From an uncultured Candidatus Micrarchaeota archaeon (lineage in GTDB: Archaea > Micrarchaeota > Micrarchaeia > Anstonellales > Bilamarchaeaceae), in NCBI GenBank assembly GCA_963714085.1, contig OY970229.1:1216001-1280000 (forward strand): a stretch of 64,000 nt of DNA, written 5' to 3'. Shown piece by piece: positions 40,714 to 50,301 of this stretch. Each line of letters starts with the position of its first letter. Positions within the stretch are counted from its first letter, which is position 1. A program made the position numbers and the translations under genes. The notes under the pieces were generated by a model. It did no database searches. It was not told where the DNA came from and was given only the letters and a program-made list of their open reading frames with translations.

Positions 40714-40790
40714 GCAATTGCAAGCGGAGATGATATTTTATAATCTGCGCATGAACTGCTGAATCCCGGTTGATTTGGGTGACTACACGC

Positions 40791-41708
40791 TCAAACCTGC
40801 CTTCCTTCCGCACGGAGCTTCTCCAATTCCGCGGGCGGAGTCTCCCATCCCGGCGTCTCCACCGAGTCCGGAATCTTCCCCCGTTTGTACCTCCATAAAG
40901 GCGCGGTGTCCAGGCGGTAGAAGAACTTCCAGCTTGAATAAGTCGGCGCGTAATCTATCTTCGTGCAGCCCCTGCTCCTGGCCAATTTTATGTTTTCTGC
41001 CAGCGCGACTTTCAACGTGTCGCCGTATTCCTCGTCCACTCCCCAGACGCAGACTGACATCGTGGATTCGCAGAAGAAATACTGGGTTATCAATACGATT
41101 TTATCCCCTTTCATCACGGACCAGTATTCCGTGCGCGGGTCCCTGTCCAATATCTCGTAGGACGCCCTGTTCTCGGTCACGAAGTCGGACTCCTTGCCGA
41201 ACATCTTCTTGTTCAGCTCCGCCATGTCCTCGAGCGTCCCGTGTTTCTTGAATTCATACTCCCCGAACTGCTTCATGGAGTTCCTGAAATTCTTCTGGTG
41301 CTTGCCCGAGAACCTCTTGAGATAATCATCTATGCTGTTTATGTCCTTGAGGTCTATGAAGAACTGCGGGCAGAGCCCGGGAACGCAGCCGTCGAACTTT
41401 TCAACCAGGAAATCGAGATAGACGTTCTCGGGAATCTCTTTTGTTGTTTTCATGAACTCCGGGTCGAAGGTCAGGTAGTTCCTCTCCGCAGCTTCTCCTC
41501 CCAGGATGGTGTGGATCCCGTTCTCTGGCTCGAACTGCAGGGGGAAGAAGTTCTTCTCGTCGTAGAGGATGAGCGGCTTCCAGCCGAACGCCTTGGCTAT
41601 GGATACCCTGATGCCCCAGTCGTCGGTCCATATCTCCTTCTTCGGGACGAGGCGGTCCCAGATGAGTTTTCCTTCCTCAAGAGAAATCTCGCGTATCATG
41701 CTTTCCAC
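40791..41708 (-). CDS. GNAT/FemAB-like acyltransferase-fold protein
   Basis: IDL....SIDDYLKRFSGKHQKNFRN and IKLARSRGC..IDY...SWK are typical of the GNAT_6/FemAB-like family. Confidence 0.6.
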   Translation of the reverse strand: MESMIREISLEEGKLIWDRLVPKKEIWTDDWGIRVSIAKAFGWKPLILYDEKNFFPLQFEPENGIHTILGGEAAERNYLTFDPEFMKTTKEIPENVYLDFLVEKFDGCVPGLCPQFFIDLKDINSIDDYLKRFSGKHQKNFRNSMKQFGEYEFKKHGTLEDMAELNKKMFGKESDFVTENRASYEILDRDPRTEYWSVMKGDKIVLITQYFFCESTMSVCVWGVDEEYGDTLKVALAENIKLARSRGCTKIDYAPTYSSWKFFYRLDTAPLWRYKRGKIPDSVETPGWETPPAELEKLRAEGRQV

Positions 41709-41727
41709 TTCACTGTATCCCGGAGTA

Positions 41728-42264
41728 TCATCTCTTTTCCATAGGCCGGTTCCCTTTCAATTCGCCGAGTCGGGCAATCTTCTTCTGTAAATACCACGAA
41801 AAGTATCCGTCATATTTTTTTTGCAGCAGCGGATCCTTCCAGTCATCCCATCTTATCTCCTTCCTGCAATTCTTGGATCCGCAATTGCACTTGATTTTGA
41901 ACTTGTTAAGCGAAAGCACCATGGCGTAATCGAATACTATCTCCTCATTTGCCTTGATATCCCTCATCGCAACAAGAAAGATCTGCCCGTTTATCCCTGC
42001 GTTAGGGTCACAACTATGGTTTACGAAGTCTCCTTCCCCCAGCTCGTCCTCCTCTATCGCGCCTATCGCGAGGTTTTCATTAATGGTGATGCCCATATGC
42101 ATTATTTTTTTGGGAAGCATGCGCCATTTTTTCATCTCTAGGACGTGTCCACCAAAAACAGCTATCAATTCGCCCTTTCTGATGGCCTTTTTCGCGTATG
42201 TTCCGTTTCCGGATATCGAACTTAGCCTGGTCTCTGCTTTTTTTGACAGCCAATGGAATGACAT
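41728..42264 (-). CDS. SET-domain protein-lysine methyltransferase with post-SET motif
   Basis: G.GTYA...I.KGE, FVNHSCDPN, RDIKANEEIVFDY, CNCGSKNCR. Confidence 0.92.
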   Translation of the reverse strand: MSFHWLSKKAETRLSSISGNGTYAKKAIRKGELIAVFGGHVLEMKKWRMLPKKIMHMGITINENLAIGAIEEDELGEGDFVNHSCDPNAGINGQIFLVAMRDIKANEEIVFDYAMVLSLNKFKIKCNCGSKNCRKEIRWDDWKDPLLQKKYDGYFSWYLQKKIARLGELKGNRPMEKR

Positions 42265-42662
42265 ACCTGTCTGTCCGTGGTAAAAAATAAAAGGCCTTCC
42301 GCTTCCGAATTTATCGGATTCTCCCAGCTTTTATGCAAACGTATGGGTGCCCAGTTCCGATCCTTGTAATGAAATCAGCTACGCCTCTTCAGTTTGCTGG
42401 TTGCGGCCTCCAGACGATTATCCGCATTTCCCTGATGCTCTTTGTGCGGCTGACGATATTTAACCCGATGGTGCGGGCGTGGAACAAGAAGAAATACGCC
42501 CCGGGGATGCCAGTTTTACGACGTGGAAACGACCCTCGTTCCATGCAACATCCAGCATGTATAAGCAGGATATCGCAGGGAAAATTTTTATATGTTTGGG
42601 AGGGATCCCCTTCTCTCTTGGCATACGAAAAAACTGGCATAAAAAAGATAGCCATATAAACG

Positions 42663-42684
42663 TATATACGTATGTACGTATATA
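42663..42684. promoter_or_regulatory. Perfect inverted repeat overlapping the RHH start codon (putative operator)
   Basis: tatatacgta-tg-tacgtatata (10-bp arms), overlapping a 12-bp palindrome acgtatatacgt at 42660-42671. Confidence 0.6.
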
Positions 42685-42827
42685 TGGGTAAGCTGACCAT
42701 CAGTATATCTGATAAAATAGAGGAGAACCTCAGAAAAAAAGCTGCAGTAAAATTCGGTTTAAGAAAAGGCTCGATTAGAGATGCTATAGAGGAAGCAGTG
42801 TCGCAATGGCTAAAGAGGGAAAGTTGA
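42684..42827 (+). CDS. 47-aa ribbon-helix-helix DNA-binding protein
   Basis: Manual translation MGKLTISISDKIEENLRKKAAVKFGLRKGSIRDAIEEAVSQWLKRES; TGATG overlap with the MTase gene. Confidence 0.8.
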   Translation: MGKLTISISDKIEENLRKKAAVKFGLRKGSIRDAIEEAVSQWLKRES

Positions 42828-43954
42828 TGACACAACCGGAACTGCCGTGGAAGCAAAGCCCAAGCAATATGGGCAATCGTCTTCACACCATCTGCAGCTA
42901 TATGGCCATGTTCCCACCTTCTATTCCGAATTATTTCATAAAAAAATATTCAGAAGAAGGAGACGTGGTTCTTGACCCGTTTTCTGGAAGAGGCACTACC
43001 TCCTTGGAAGCGTCGATGCTAAACCGCATTGCCATAGGGTCGGACAAAAATCCGCTTGCATTCGTTCTCACATACGCTAAAGTGGATGTGCCTCCAAGAG
43101 AAAATGTCATCGAGCGGATTAACGACCTTTGGGCTAAGTATAAAAAAGCGCAGGGTATCGAGGTAAAAGAGTCCTGGGAAGTGAAAATGCTATTCAGTTC
43201 GTACACTCTCAAGCAGCTCGTGTATCTCAAGAAGAAGCTCAACTGGAAAAGGAATAATGTCGACGCATTTATCTCCGCGATGGTCTTGGGGATATTGCAT
43301 GGCGGTTCAGAAGGCTATCTCTCAATCCAGATGCCGAATACATTCTCAATGTCTCCTGGGTACGTGAAAAAGTTCATCAAGGACCATGAACTTGAAAAAA
43401 ATAAGCGGGATGTCTTCGTCCTCCTTCATAAGAAGTTAGATAGATGCTATCAAAAAGTCCCTACAAAAGGAAAGGCATACCTAATGGATGCTCGAAAACT
43501 CAACAAGATAAAAACCTCTTCTGTAAACCTTGTGCTCACGTCCCCGCCATATGCCTCGGTGATCAGATACGGGGCCTTTAATTGGATTCGGCTCTGGTTC
43601 TTGGACCAAGATGCTAAAAAGGTGGATCGCGGGCTTCTCTGCACGCAATCGCTCCCGTTATACCGCGACTTCATGCTGCAGGTCCTGAAGGAGAACTCCC
43701 GTGTATTAGTCGATGGCGGCATTGCAGTATATGTGATCGGAGACGTCAGGAAGAAAGAGTCCGGTAAGGTAATCAATCTCGCGCAATTCGTGTGGGACGA
43801 GTGCGCTAAACCCCTGGGCTATGACCTGGTTGAGCCAATCCATGCCGACGCCATAGAAGATTCGACAAAAGTCTCGAAGATCTGGGGCGAGAGGCGCGGG
43901 GATGCGACCAAGATCGACAGGGTGCTCGTTATCCGAAAGCCCCAGCGCAATTAG
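42827..43954 (+). CDS. Amino-DNA methyltransferase (probably N4-cytosine)
   Basis: Motif I DPFSGRGTT in the N-terminal part and catalytic TSPPY later. Confidence 0.9.
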   Translation: MTQPELPWKQSPSNMGNRLHTICSYMAMFPPSIPNYFIKKYSEEGDVVLDPFSGRGTTSLEASMLNRIAIGSDKNPLAFVLTYAKVDVPPRENVIERINDLWAKYKKAQGIEVKESWEVKMLFSSYTLKQLVYLKKKLNWKRNNVDAFISAMVLGILHGGSEGYLSIQMPNTFSMSPGYVKKFIKDHELEKNKRDVFVLLHKKLDRCYQKVPTKGKAYLMDARKLNKIKTSSVNLVLTSPPYASVIRYGAFNWIRLWFLDQDAKKVDRGLLCTQSLPLYRDFMLQVLKENSRVLVDGGIAVYVIGDVRKKESGKVINLAQFVWDECAKPLGYDLVEPIHADAIEDSTKVSKIWGERRGDATKIDRVLVIRKPQRN

Positions 43955-46659
43955 TCTTCTCCCAGTTGCAAGGACCTGAAAGACAGTATGAGCGTCTTCG
44001 CGACTCTTTGCATCTCCTCATCTTGTTGTTCTGAAGTCATCCCGGACGAGCGTTCTTCTACGGGTTCCGCAGATGCATGAACATCGCGGCTGTATTCCGC
44101 CTTATCACGGTCGTATTGCTGGAATAGGTGGTATGCAATATACGCGACGTATTTGTTCTCCACTCTCTGGACGTATTTCTCGCTACGGCTAAAACGCTGC
44201 ATCCTTTTTCGCTCGTCTTCCATGAACGCCGAGTCCATATTGACGCGCAAAATTAGCATATCCTTGCCTTCCTCATCGGTAGTTACGCTGAACTGCCCGA
44301 CCGTCATCTCAGTCCAACCGCCGAGTTCTGCCCAGCGATCCCGATGGATTCTTTCGAGGTGGTATTTGGGTTTTGCAGTCGGGGTCTCCTTCCCTTTTTC
44401 TGGAGGTTCCTCGCTTTGTTTTTCCTTAATGATGATGCATTTCCTCTTGTCCGACAGCGTTGGCCCACCTGGAACTGCGATGGAGATGGCAATATCAAAC
44501 TCCGTGTTTACCTTGACCTCATCATCGACATGAAGCGCCACTCTGATTGTGCCATTATAAGGACCCATCCTGCGCACTGAGGTAACGCCTTTGCACGAAA
44601 ACTTGATGTTGAACTCGCCACGATTTTCGCTCCTGTCAAGGATGTCGTTCGCCCCATCGAATCCGATGGCGATGGAATTGTTCTGCCCTTTCTTCAGCTT
44701 CAGGTCGCCCTTGTTGAGGAAAAACAGCTTTGTGGGCGGTTCCATAGGCATGTATTGCGGGGGCGGAGTAACTATGAAGAAGCGCTCCACGTTTTTCGAT
44801 TCGAGCAGATTGTCGGCTTCAAGGCGGAATTTTATGCTCCGACTCACGAACTCCTCGGCTTGTTCGGTTGCATGGAAGGTTACCGGCAATATCCCGTCCT
44901 TGAGCTTAGAGAACTGAACTACGACGTCGATCCCCGTACCCTCGTTTCCGCTCGTTGTGATCTTGCCCTTATCCTTTCTGCGTGTGAATAGGTCGTCCGG
45001 ACCATTTAGCGACATGCGCAAGGTCCTGCTCTCGCCCTTCCGCAGCTCGATGGGGTCTTCTTTCGACTTCATCTCAAAGGTGGTGGGCGGATCTTGCGGG
45101 ACGTATTTCCTTGTCCTGCCTGCCTCAGTTATATCCGACCCTTCTTCGAGTTTTCCTACTCCGAGGTCTATGCCTATTGTAAGCAGGCTGTCAAGCATGT
45201 TCCTAACTTCCTTGATGCTATCCTCATCCTCTGCACGTATCTCATTCAGCTTGTTCTCCCAGTTCCTAAGTTCGCGATCTTCATCACCGAGGCATTGGAT
45301 TAGACGGTTTTCAATGTGCTCAATGTCGTCCCCTTCCCGAACCAGCTCCATTCTCCCAGACGTAAACAACCGTCCCTTCACTTCGCGAGGGAGATCATCT
45401 AATACTACTTGCACTAGAAGCGACTCGGATACCCTGGGAAGGCGAGCTTTTTTAGAAATCAGGCTTTTTTCCAGCGTACCATGCCTCTGCCCATTCAGAG
45501 TCACTATGATGGTATTCGCGGAATTATCCCTTTCCAAGTGGTTAGTCAATGGTCTTTTTCCAGGCTCTTTTTCGTAGTGAAGGAGCCAGTACCGGATTGT
45601 CAGCTTTCCGTTATCCCCCCACTGTTCTTCATCAACATTCTTGTAAGCGATGTAATCGGCTTCCTGAAGGATAGCCCTGTCTCCGAACATGTTCCTGTTA
45701 AAGTCGGGGTTGCCTTCGCGCATGTCTTCCAATCGAAATGGCAGGATTGGGTCGAAGAGGTAGTTTCTGAACAGCCTGAACCCCAACCCACGAGAAAGGT
45801 TTTCCCACTCTTTTGCACGGTATTTTATATGAGCGATATAGCTCCCCTGTTTTATGGCGTTATCGCTTTTATCTGGTTTTTCTCGCGGTATCGCACCATC
45901 TCGAAGACATAGATACAGATAGACCGGCGGTTGGGTGACGTAAGTGACCTTTCCTGCCGTGTGATCCCATATCTCGAAGGCATCTGTCTGTCTAATGACT
46001 GTCCAGCCAATAACGTCTTCTTTCTTTGTAGTGCTCGGGTGCCGTCTGGAGATGAGAATGGAGTAGTTGGAAAAGCGGAAGGTAGACGATCCCCCATGCC
46101 CATAAGTACCGAGGAGGTGAGGTTTACTCAATTTATTGCTCTTTCCGAGCGATAGGAATGTGGTTTCGAAGTCATCCGGGTGCTGCCCGATCCCATTATC
46201 TTTGACGACTATGGTCGGATTCCGTGGGTCTTCCGAATCATAAAGCTGCACTGAAGTTACTTCCTTCGCGAGGGCGGTCTTGGCATTGTTGGACATGTTC
46301 CTCGAGTAGATCGCAGTGTCCCCGTTTGGGATGGAGTACCATTTTTCAACCGCTTTTCTTGGTGACGCGGGCAGTCTTTCCAGCGGCAGCGGCTTTCCAG
46401 CATTTGAGAGGTACTCTTTGAGCTCGACCGAGGCATCGGTTCCATTCGTTATCCTTTCAATGATAGGCGCGATAGTAACATTCGTCGTATGGATATTGGC
46501 GGCGTTACTGAACGCATTCCCCACTGGCTTCCATATGTATTTTTTGTCTCCTGGCTCTTTGGACGGGTCCGCAGCTCCAATATCCGCTAAGAACTCAACT
46601 ATCTCCTTTTCCGTCTTGATGCTCAGCAGTCTCGCTACAAGGCTGTCATTTGTCGTCAT
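43951..46659 (-). CDS. Large GHKL (MutL/MORC-like) ATPase with duplicated C-terminal beta domains
   Basis: ERITNGTDA (N box), VKDNGIG (G1), SNK, GTYGHGG (G2); no nuclease motif seen. Confidence 0.75.
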   Translation of the reverse strand: MTTNDSLVARLLSIKTEKEIVEFLADIGAADPSKEPGDKKYIWKPVGNAFSNAANIHTTNVTIAPIIERITNGTDASVELKEYLSNAGKPLPLERLPASPRKAVEKWYSIPNGDTAIYSRNMSNNAKTALAKEVTSVQLYDSEDPRNPTIVVKDNGIGQHPDDFETTFLSLGKSNKLSKPHLLGTYGHGGSSTFRFSNYSILISRRHPSTTKKEDVIGWTVIRQTDAFEIWDHTAGKVTYVTQPPVYLYLCLRDGAIPREKPDKSDNAIKQGSYIAHIKYRAKEWENLSRGLGFRLFRNYLFDPILPFRLEDMREGNPDFNRNMFGDRAILQEADYIAYKNVDEEQWGDNGKLTIRYWLLHYEKEPGKRPLTNHLERDNSANTIIVTLNGQRHGTLEKSLISKKARLPRVSESLLVQVVLDDLPREVKGRLFTSGRMELVREGDDIEHIENRLIQCLGDEDRELRNWENKLNEIRAEDEDSIKEVRNMLDSLLTIGIDLGVGKLEEGSDITEAGRTRKYVPQDPPTTFEMKSKEDPIELRKGESRTLRMSLNGPDDLFTRRKDKGKITTSGNEGTGIDVVVQFSKLKDGILPVTFHATEQAEEFVSRSIKFRLEADNLLESKNVERFFIVTPPPQYMPMEPPTKLFFLNKGDLKLKKGQNNSIAIGFDGANDILDRSENRGEFNIKFSCKGVTSVRRMGPYNGTIRVALHVDDEVKVNTEFDIAISIAVPGGPTLSDKRKCIIIKEKQSEEPPEKGKETPTAKPKYHLERIHRDRWAELGGWTEMTVGQFSVTTDEEGKDMLILRVNMDSAFMEDERKRMQRFSRSEKYVQRVENKYVAYIAYHLFQQYDRDKAEYSRDVHASAEPVEERSSGMTSEQQDEEMQRVAKTLILSFRSLQLGED

Positions 46660-46666
46660 GCCATCA

Positions 46667-46894
46667 CTACTTTAGTTCAATCGCAAGCGCTGCTGGCTTT
46701 TCGAATTGAACCTTTACCCGCCGAAGTTCTTTATCGATGACCGAGAATAATTTCTTGACATCATCTCCGTCATATTCGTACGACTGACGATTCGAACAAT
46801 GTCCAAGTACTCGTAAAGCTTCGAGCACTTTGTTGGCCCGTTTTACTGCTAGTCTCTTGAACCGATCACGTTTTCCCTCATTTTGTAGTGCCAT
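46667..46894 (-). CDS. 75-aa helical protein upstream of the GHKL ATPase
   Basis: KRDRFKRLAVKRANKVLEALRVLGHCSNRQSYEY...VKKLF; co-oriented, 7 nt before the GHKL ATG. Confidence 0.7.
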   Translation of the reverse strand: MALQNEGKRDRFKRLAVKRANKVLEALRVLGHCSNRQSYEYDGDDVKKLFSVIDKELRRVKVQFEKPAALAIELK

Positions 46895-46992
46895 GTAGTG
46901 ATTAATGTTCAAAGCATTTATAAACCTGTTGCTAACTGGTTTAAATCTGGTATAAAAATATCTTTCATTTGGTTGGAATATTCATTACCATC

Positions 46993-47110
46993 AAAGTCGC
47001 TCCGTCTGCTCCTTCGTCGTGCTCGTCTTAACCGTTCCCCCTCGCTCGAGCGGAAAAGCGCTTAATAGTCAATGCTACCTCTGGTTCGCATTGCGAGAAG
47101 GGAGATATAA
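46993..47110. repeat. Intergenic repeated element A (homologous to 54022-54200)
   Basis: Shares aaagtcgctccgtc, tcgtgctc and gaaaagYgcttaa in the same order with element B. Confidence 0.6.
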
Positions 47111-47240
47111 AAAGAAGAGTCGGCCAAGTACATCCTTGGTGCTGAGTGGAAATTGGGGCTCGTCAGGGAATGATTCTGGTTAAAACGAGCGGGGTCGGGT
47201 ATTTAATAACATCAGATTCCATACGAAACTGGTGCATCCT

Positions 47241-48284
47241 ATGAAAGTTTGTACCGTCGTGGACGCCTTCTGCGGGGTCGGTGGCCTCACCCACGGTTTT
47301 GTAACCGAAGGCTTCAATGTTGCCGCAGGGTTGGACATAGACGAATCCTGCAAGTACGCCTATGAGCAGAACAACAACGCGTTGTTCATCAGGAAAGACA
47401 TCAAGCGGGTCACTGGCAAATACCTATCTGCACTCTATCCGAAGGGTCATCTCAAGGTTTTAGTTGGTTGTGCGCCTTGCCAACCGTTTTCCACATACAA
47501 CCAGAAGAAGAACAAGAGGGATTCTCGTTGGGACCTGTTATACGAATTCCTGCGCGTGATAAAGAAAGCGCGACCCGAGATAATTTCCATGGAGAACGTC
47601 CCGCAGCTCAGGAAAAAAAAGGTCTTCGCCGATTTCCTGAAAGGCTTGAAAAAAATGGATTATCACGTTTCCTATTCGGTTGTATACTGCCCGGATTACG
47701 GCATTCCCCAGAAACGATCGCGCCTCGTGCTGCTTGCTTCAACCCTAGGCGATATCAGTTTGATAAATCAAACTCACACTTCGGACATGTACCCTACCAC
47801 CCGCGATGCTATCGGAGCGTTGCCCCCACTTGAGAATGGGGGCGTGGACGCCGCAGACCCGCTTCATCGAGCTCGGAAACTTACCGAAATCAACCTCAAG
47901 AGGGTACGGATTACTCCTGCAGGGGGGGATTGGAGAAATTGGCCCCAAGAACTCGTCCTCGCATGCCATAAAAAGGAGAGCGGCAAGACCTTCAAACGCG
48001 TGTATGGGCGTATGAAATGGGACGACCAGGCCCCGACAATGACGACGCTATGCACCGGTCTGGGTAATGGACCGTTCGGTCATCCCGATCAAGATCGCGC
48101 GATCTCGTTCAGGGAGGCCGCTTTGATACAGACTTTCCCGAAAGGATACAAGTTCATAGACCCTCTGGTCGGGTTCAGTGCAAAGAACATCTCCAAACAC
48201 ATCGGCAACGCAGTACCTGTAGGCTTAGGACGAGTGATTGCTAAAAGCATCAAGAAGCACATGAGGCGGTACGATGACGCATAG
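47241..48284 (+). CDS. dcm: C5-cytosine DNA methyltransferase
   Basis: FCGVGG (motif I), GCAPCQPFS (IV), ENVP (VI), PQKRSR (VIII), IGNAVP (X). Confidence 0.95.
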   Translation: MKVCTVVDAFCGVGGLTHGFVTEGFNVAAGLDIDESCKYAYEQNNNALFIRKDIKRVTGKYLSALYPKGHLKVLVGCAPCQPFSTYNQKKNKRDSRWDLLYEFLRVIKKARPEIISMENVPQLRKKKVFADFLKGLKKMDYHVSYSVVYCPDYGIPQKRSRLVLLASTLGDISLINQTHTSDMYPTTRDAIGALPPLENGGVDAADPLHRARKLTEINLKRVRITPAGGDWRNWPQELVLACHKKESGKTFKRVYGRMKWDDQAPTMTTLCTGLGNGPFGHPDQDRAISFREAALIQTFPKGYKFIDPLVGFSAKNISKHIGNAVPVGLGRVIAKSIKKHMRRYDDA

Positions 48285-50271
48285 ATATAAGCTGAGGATA
48301 AGCTTGAACGTTCTCGAAGCCCTGGGGGCGAATTTATACAGCTCAATGCCTGCCGTCGTTTCAGAAGCGGTGGCGAATTCGTGGGATGCTGACGCTCATA
48401 CCGTAAATATTGGTCTTGATACCGATAATGGGATAGTTACGATCGAGGATGACGGATGTGGGATGAGCGAAGACGATATTAATAAAAAATACTTGATGGT
48501 TGGGTACCACAAACGGGACGGCGAACCTGAAACCCCCGAAGGCAGAAGACCTATGGGGCGTAAGGGGATAGGGAAACTTTCACTATTTTCAATGGCCCGG
48601 ATAGTGCAAGTAGAAAGCGTCAAGGTGCATAAAGATGGTCGCAAGGAAAAAAACGGGTTCATCATGAATTCAAAGGACATCGAAGACCTTGCAAAGGCGG
48701 CGGTGGATGGGAACGAACCCACTCCATATCATCCCGTCGAAATCCCGGCAGATAATATACGCCTAGATGGCAAAGGAACACGAATAACTCTCCGAGACTT
48801 GAAAATGGAAATTTCTAAAACCAGGATTCATCTTCGCAAAAGACTCGCCCGACGTTTTTCAGTAATCGGTCCGGCAAAAAAATTCCACGTTTTTGTCGAG
48901 GGCAAAGAACTAAAGCCTGAAGATCGTGACTATTTCAACAAACTAGAGTACTTATGGTATATAAAGCAAGATGGGGAAAACGCTGGGGCGGAGTACGTTG
49001 AGCATTGCGGAAAGCTCAAACGAAGCGAAGAACTGAGCGATGCCCGTTTTGTGGATAAAACAAGAGATTTCGAAATCACTGGCTGGGTTGGTTCGGTAGC
49101 AGAACATAAGGATTTGGAGGAAGGCAACAACTCAATCGTCGTGTTCGCAAGAGGCAAGCTGTTTCACGAGGACATTCTTGCAAATGTTAAAGAAGGCGGC
49201 GTTTTTTCCAAATATCTAATAGGAGAAATTCACGCTGATTTCCTTGATCGCGACGAGCTGGCCGATATGGCAACGACCGGACGCCAACTGGCTAAAGACG
49301 AGGAGCGGTTCGAACTTCTAAAAGATCACATCAAGAAAAACATTGTCGCGCCCATAGGTACTTCCTGGGGCAAATGGCGCGTAGAAGACGCTGTAAAAGA
49401 TGCGGAGGAGGAAGAGCCTAAAATAAAGGACTGGTTCGACAACCTCAAACCCACGAGCAAACCCATAGCTGAAAAACTATTCCATCAGATCAGCCAGATT
49501 AGGGCTCCAAGCAAGGAGGTCAAACGGCAGCTATACAAAAATGCGATCATAGCTTTCGAAACACTCGCATTGAAAGACCGCCTCAAATCAATAGATTCGA
49601 TACAAACCGAAGAGGGAGTTGAGGTGCTAGTTGAAGCATTTCGGAGCATAGGCGACCTTGAAGCCGTGCACTACTACGATATAACTGAAAGCAGACTCAG
49701 CGTGCTGAGGAAATTTGCCGGTCTTACCGAACTTGATGCAAAAGAAAAGGTGCTTCAGGAATATCTATTCCAGCGGTTATGGCTACTTGACGCTTCCTGG
49801 GAAGCTGCGAGTTACGAAACACACAAGGAAGAAACTGTGACGAAGGAATTCAAAGATGCGCTCAACCTGACTGATGAAGAAAAACGCGCGAGAATTGACT
49901 TGCGTTATAGAAGCACCGAAGGTAAATACGTGATAATTGAGCTCAAGAGGTATAATGTCAAGGTGACGGCCGGCGAGTTGGTAGATCAGATTAACAAGTA
50001 TAAAAGCGCACTAAAAAAATGCCTTCTAAATCGGTTTCCATCTGATTTTGTTGGAAAGGAGCCGGTTATCGAAGCCATTTGTGTGGTTGGCATCAAGCCA
50101 ACTGGCGAGGATGTAGATAAGATCCTCAAGGGCGCGAATGCTATGGTGATCACTTACGACGAGCTGATAGAAGATAATCAGCGGCGCTATGCCGATTATC
50201 TGAAGAAAAACCACGGAGTAGTAGATAGTATCCGTAAGGTCGTAGAACTACTAGAAAAAAGGAAAGAATGA
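48274..50271 (+). CDS. GHKL ATPase fused to a PD-(D/E)xK restriction endonuclease (HgiDII/BbrUII-like)
   Basis: EAVANSWDADA, DDGCGM, GRKGIGK; C-terminal RIDL...VIIELK; overlaps dcm. Confidence 0.8.
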   Translation: MTHRYKLRISLNVLEALGANLYSSMPAVVSEAVANSWDADAHTVNIGLDTDNGIVTIEDDGCGMSEDDINKKYLMVGYHKRDGEPETPEGRRPMGRKGIGKLSLFSMARIVQVESVKVHKDGRKEKNGFIMNSKDIEDLAKAAVDGNEPTPYHPVEIPADNIRLDGKGTRITLRDLKMEISKTRIHLRKRLARRFSVIGPAKKFHVFVEGKELKPEDRDYFNKLEYLWYIKQDGENAGAEYVEHCGKLKRSEELSDARFVDKTRDFEITGWVGSVAEHKDLEEGNNSIVVFARGKLFHEDILANVKEGGVFSKYLIGEIHADFLDRDELADMATTGRQLAKDEERFELLKDHIKKNIVAPIGTSWGKWRVEDAVKDAEEEEPKIKDWFDNLKPTSKPIAEKLFHQISQIRAPSKEVKRQLYKNAIIAFETLALKDRLKSIDSIQTEEGVEVLVEAFRSIGDLEAVHYYDITESRLSVLRKFAGLTELDAKEKVLQEYLFQRLWLLDASWEAASYETHKEETVTKEFKDALNLTDEEKRARIDLRYRSTEGKYVIIELKRYNVKVTAGELVDQINKYKSALKKCLLNRFPSDFVGKEPVIEAICVVGIKPTGEDVDKILKGANAMVITYDELIEDNQRRYADYLKKNHGVVDSIRKVVELLEKRKE

Positions 50272-50301
50272 GGACCCAGTAGCGATTCAGATATTTCCGG
50301 G

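Noticed and set aside
42265..42660. Possible SAM riboswitch or small ORF upstream of the SET gene
   Set aside because: No SAM-riboswitch consensus recognised and the ORFs lack convincing features.
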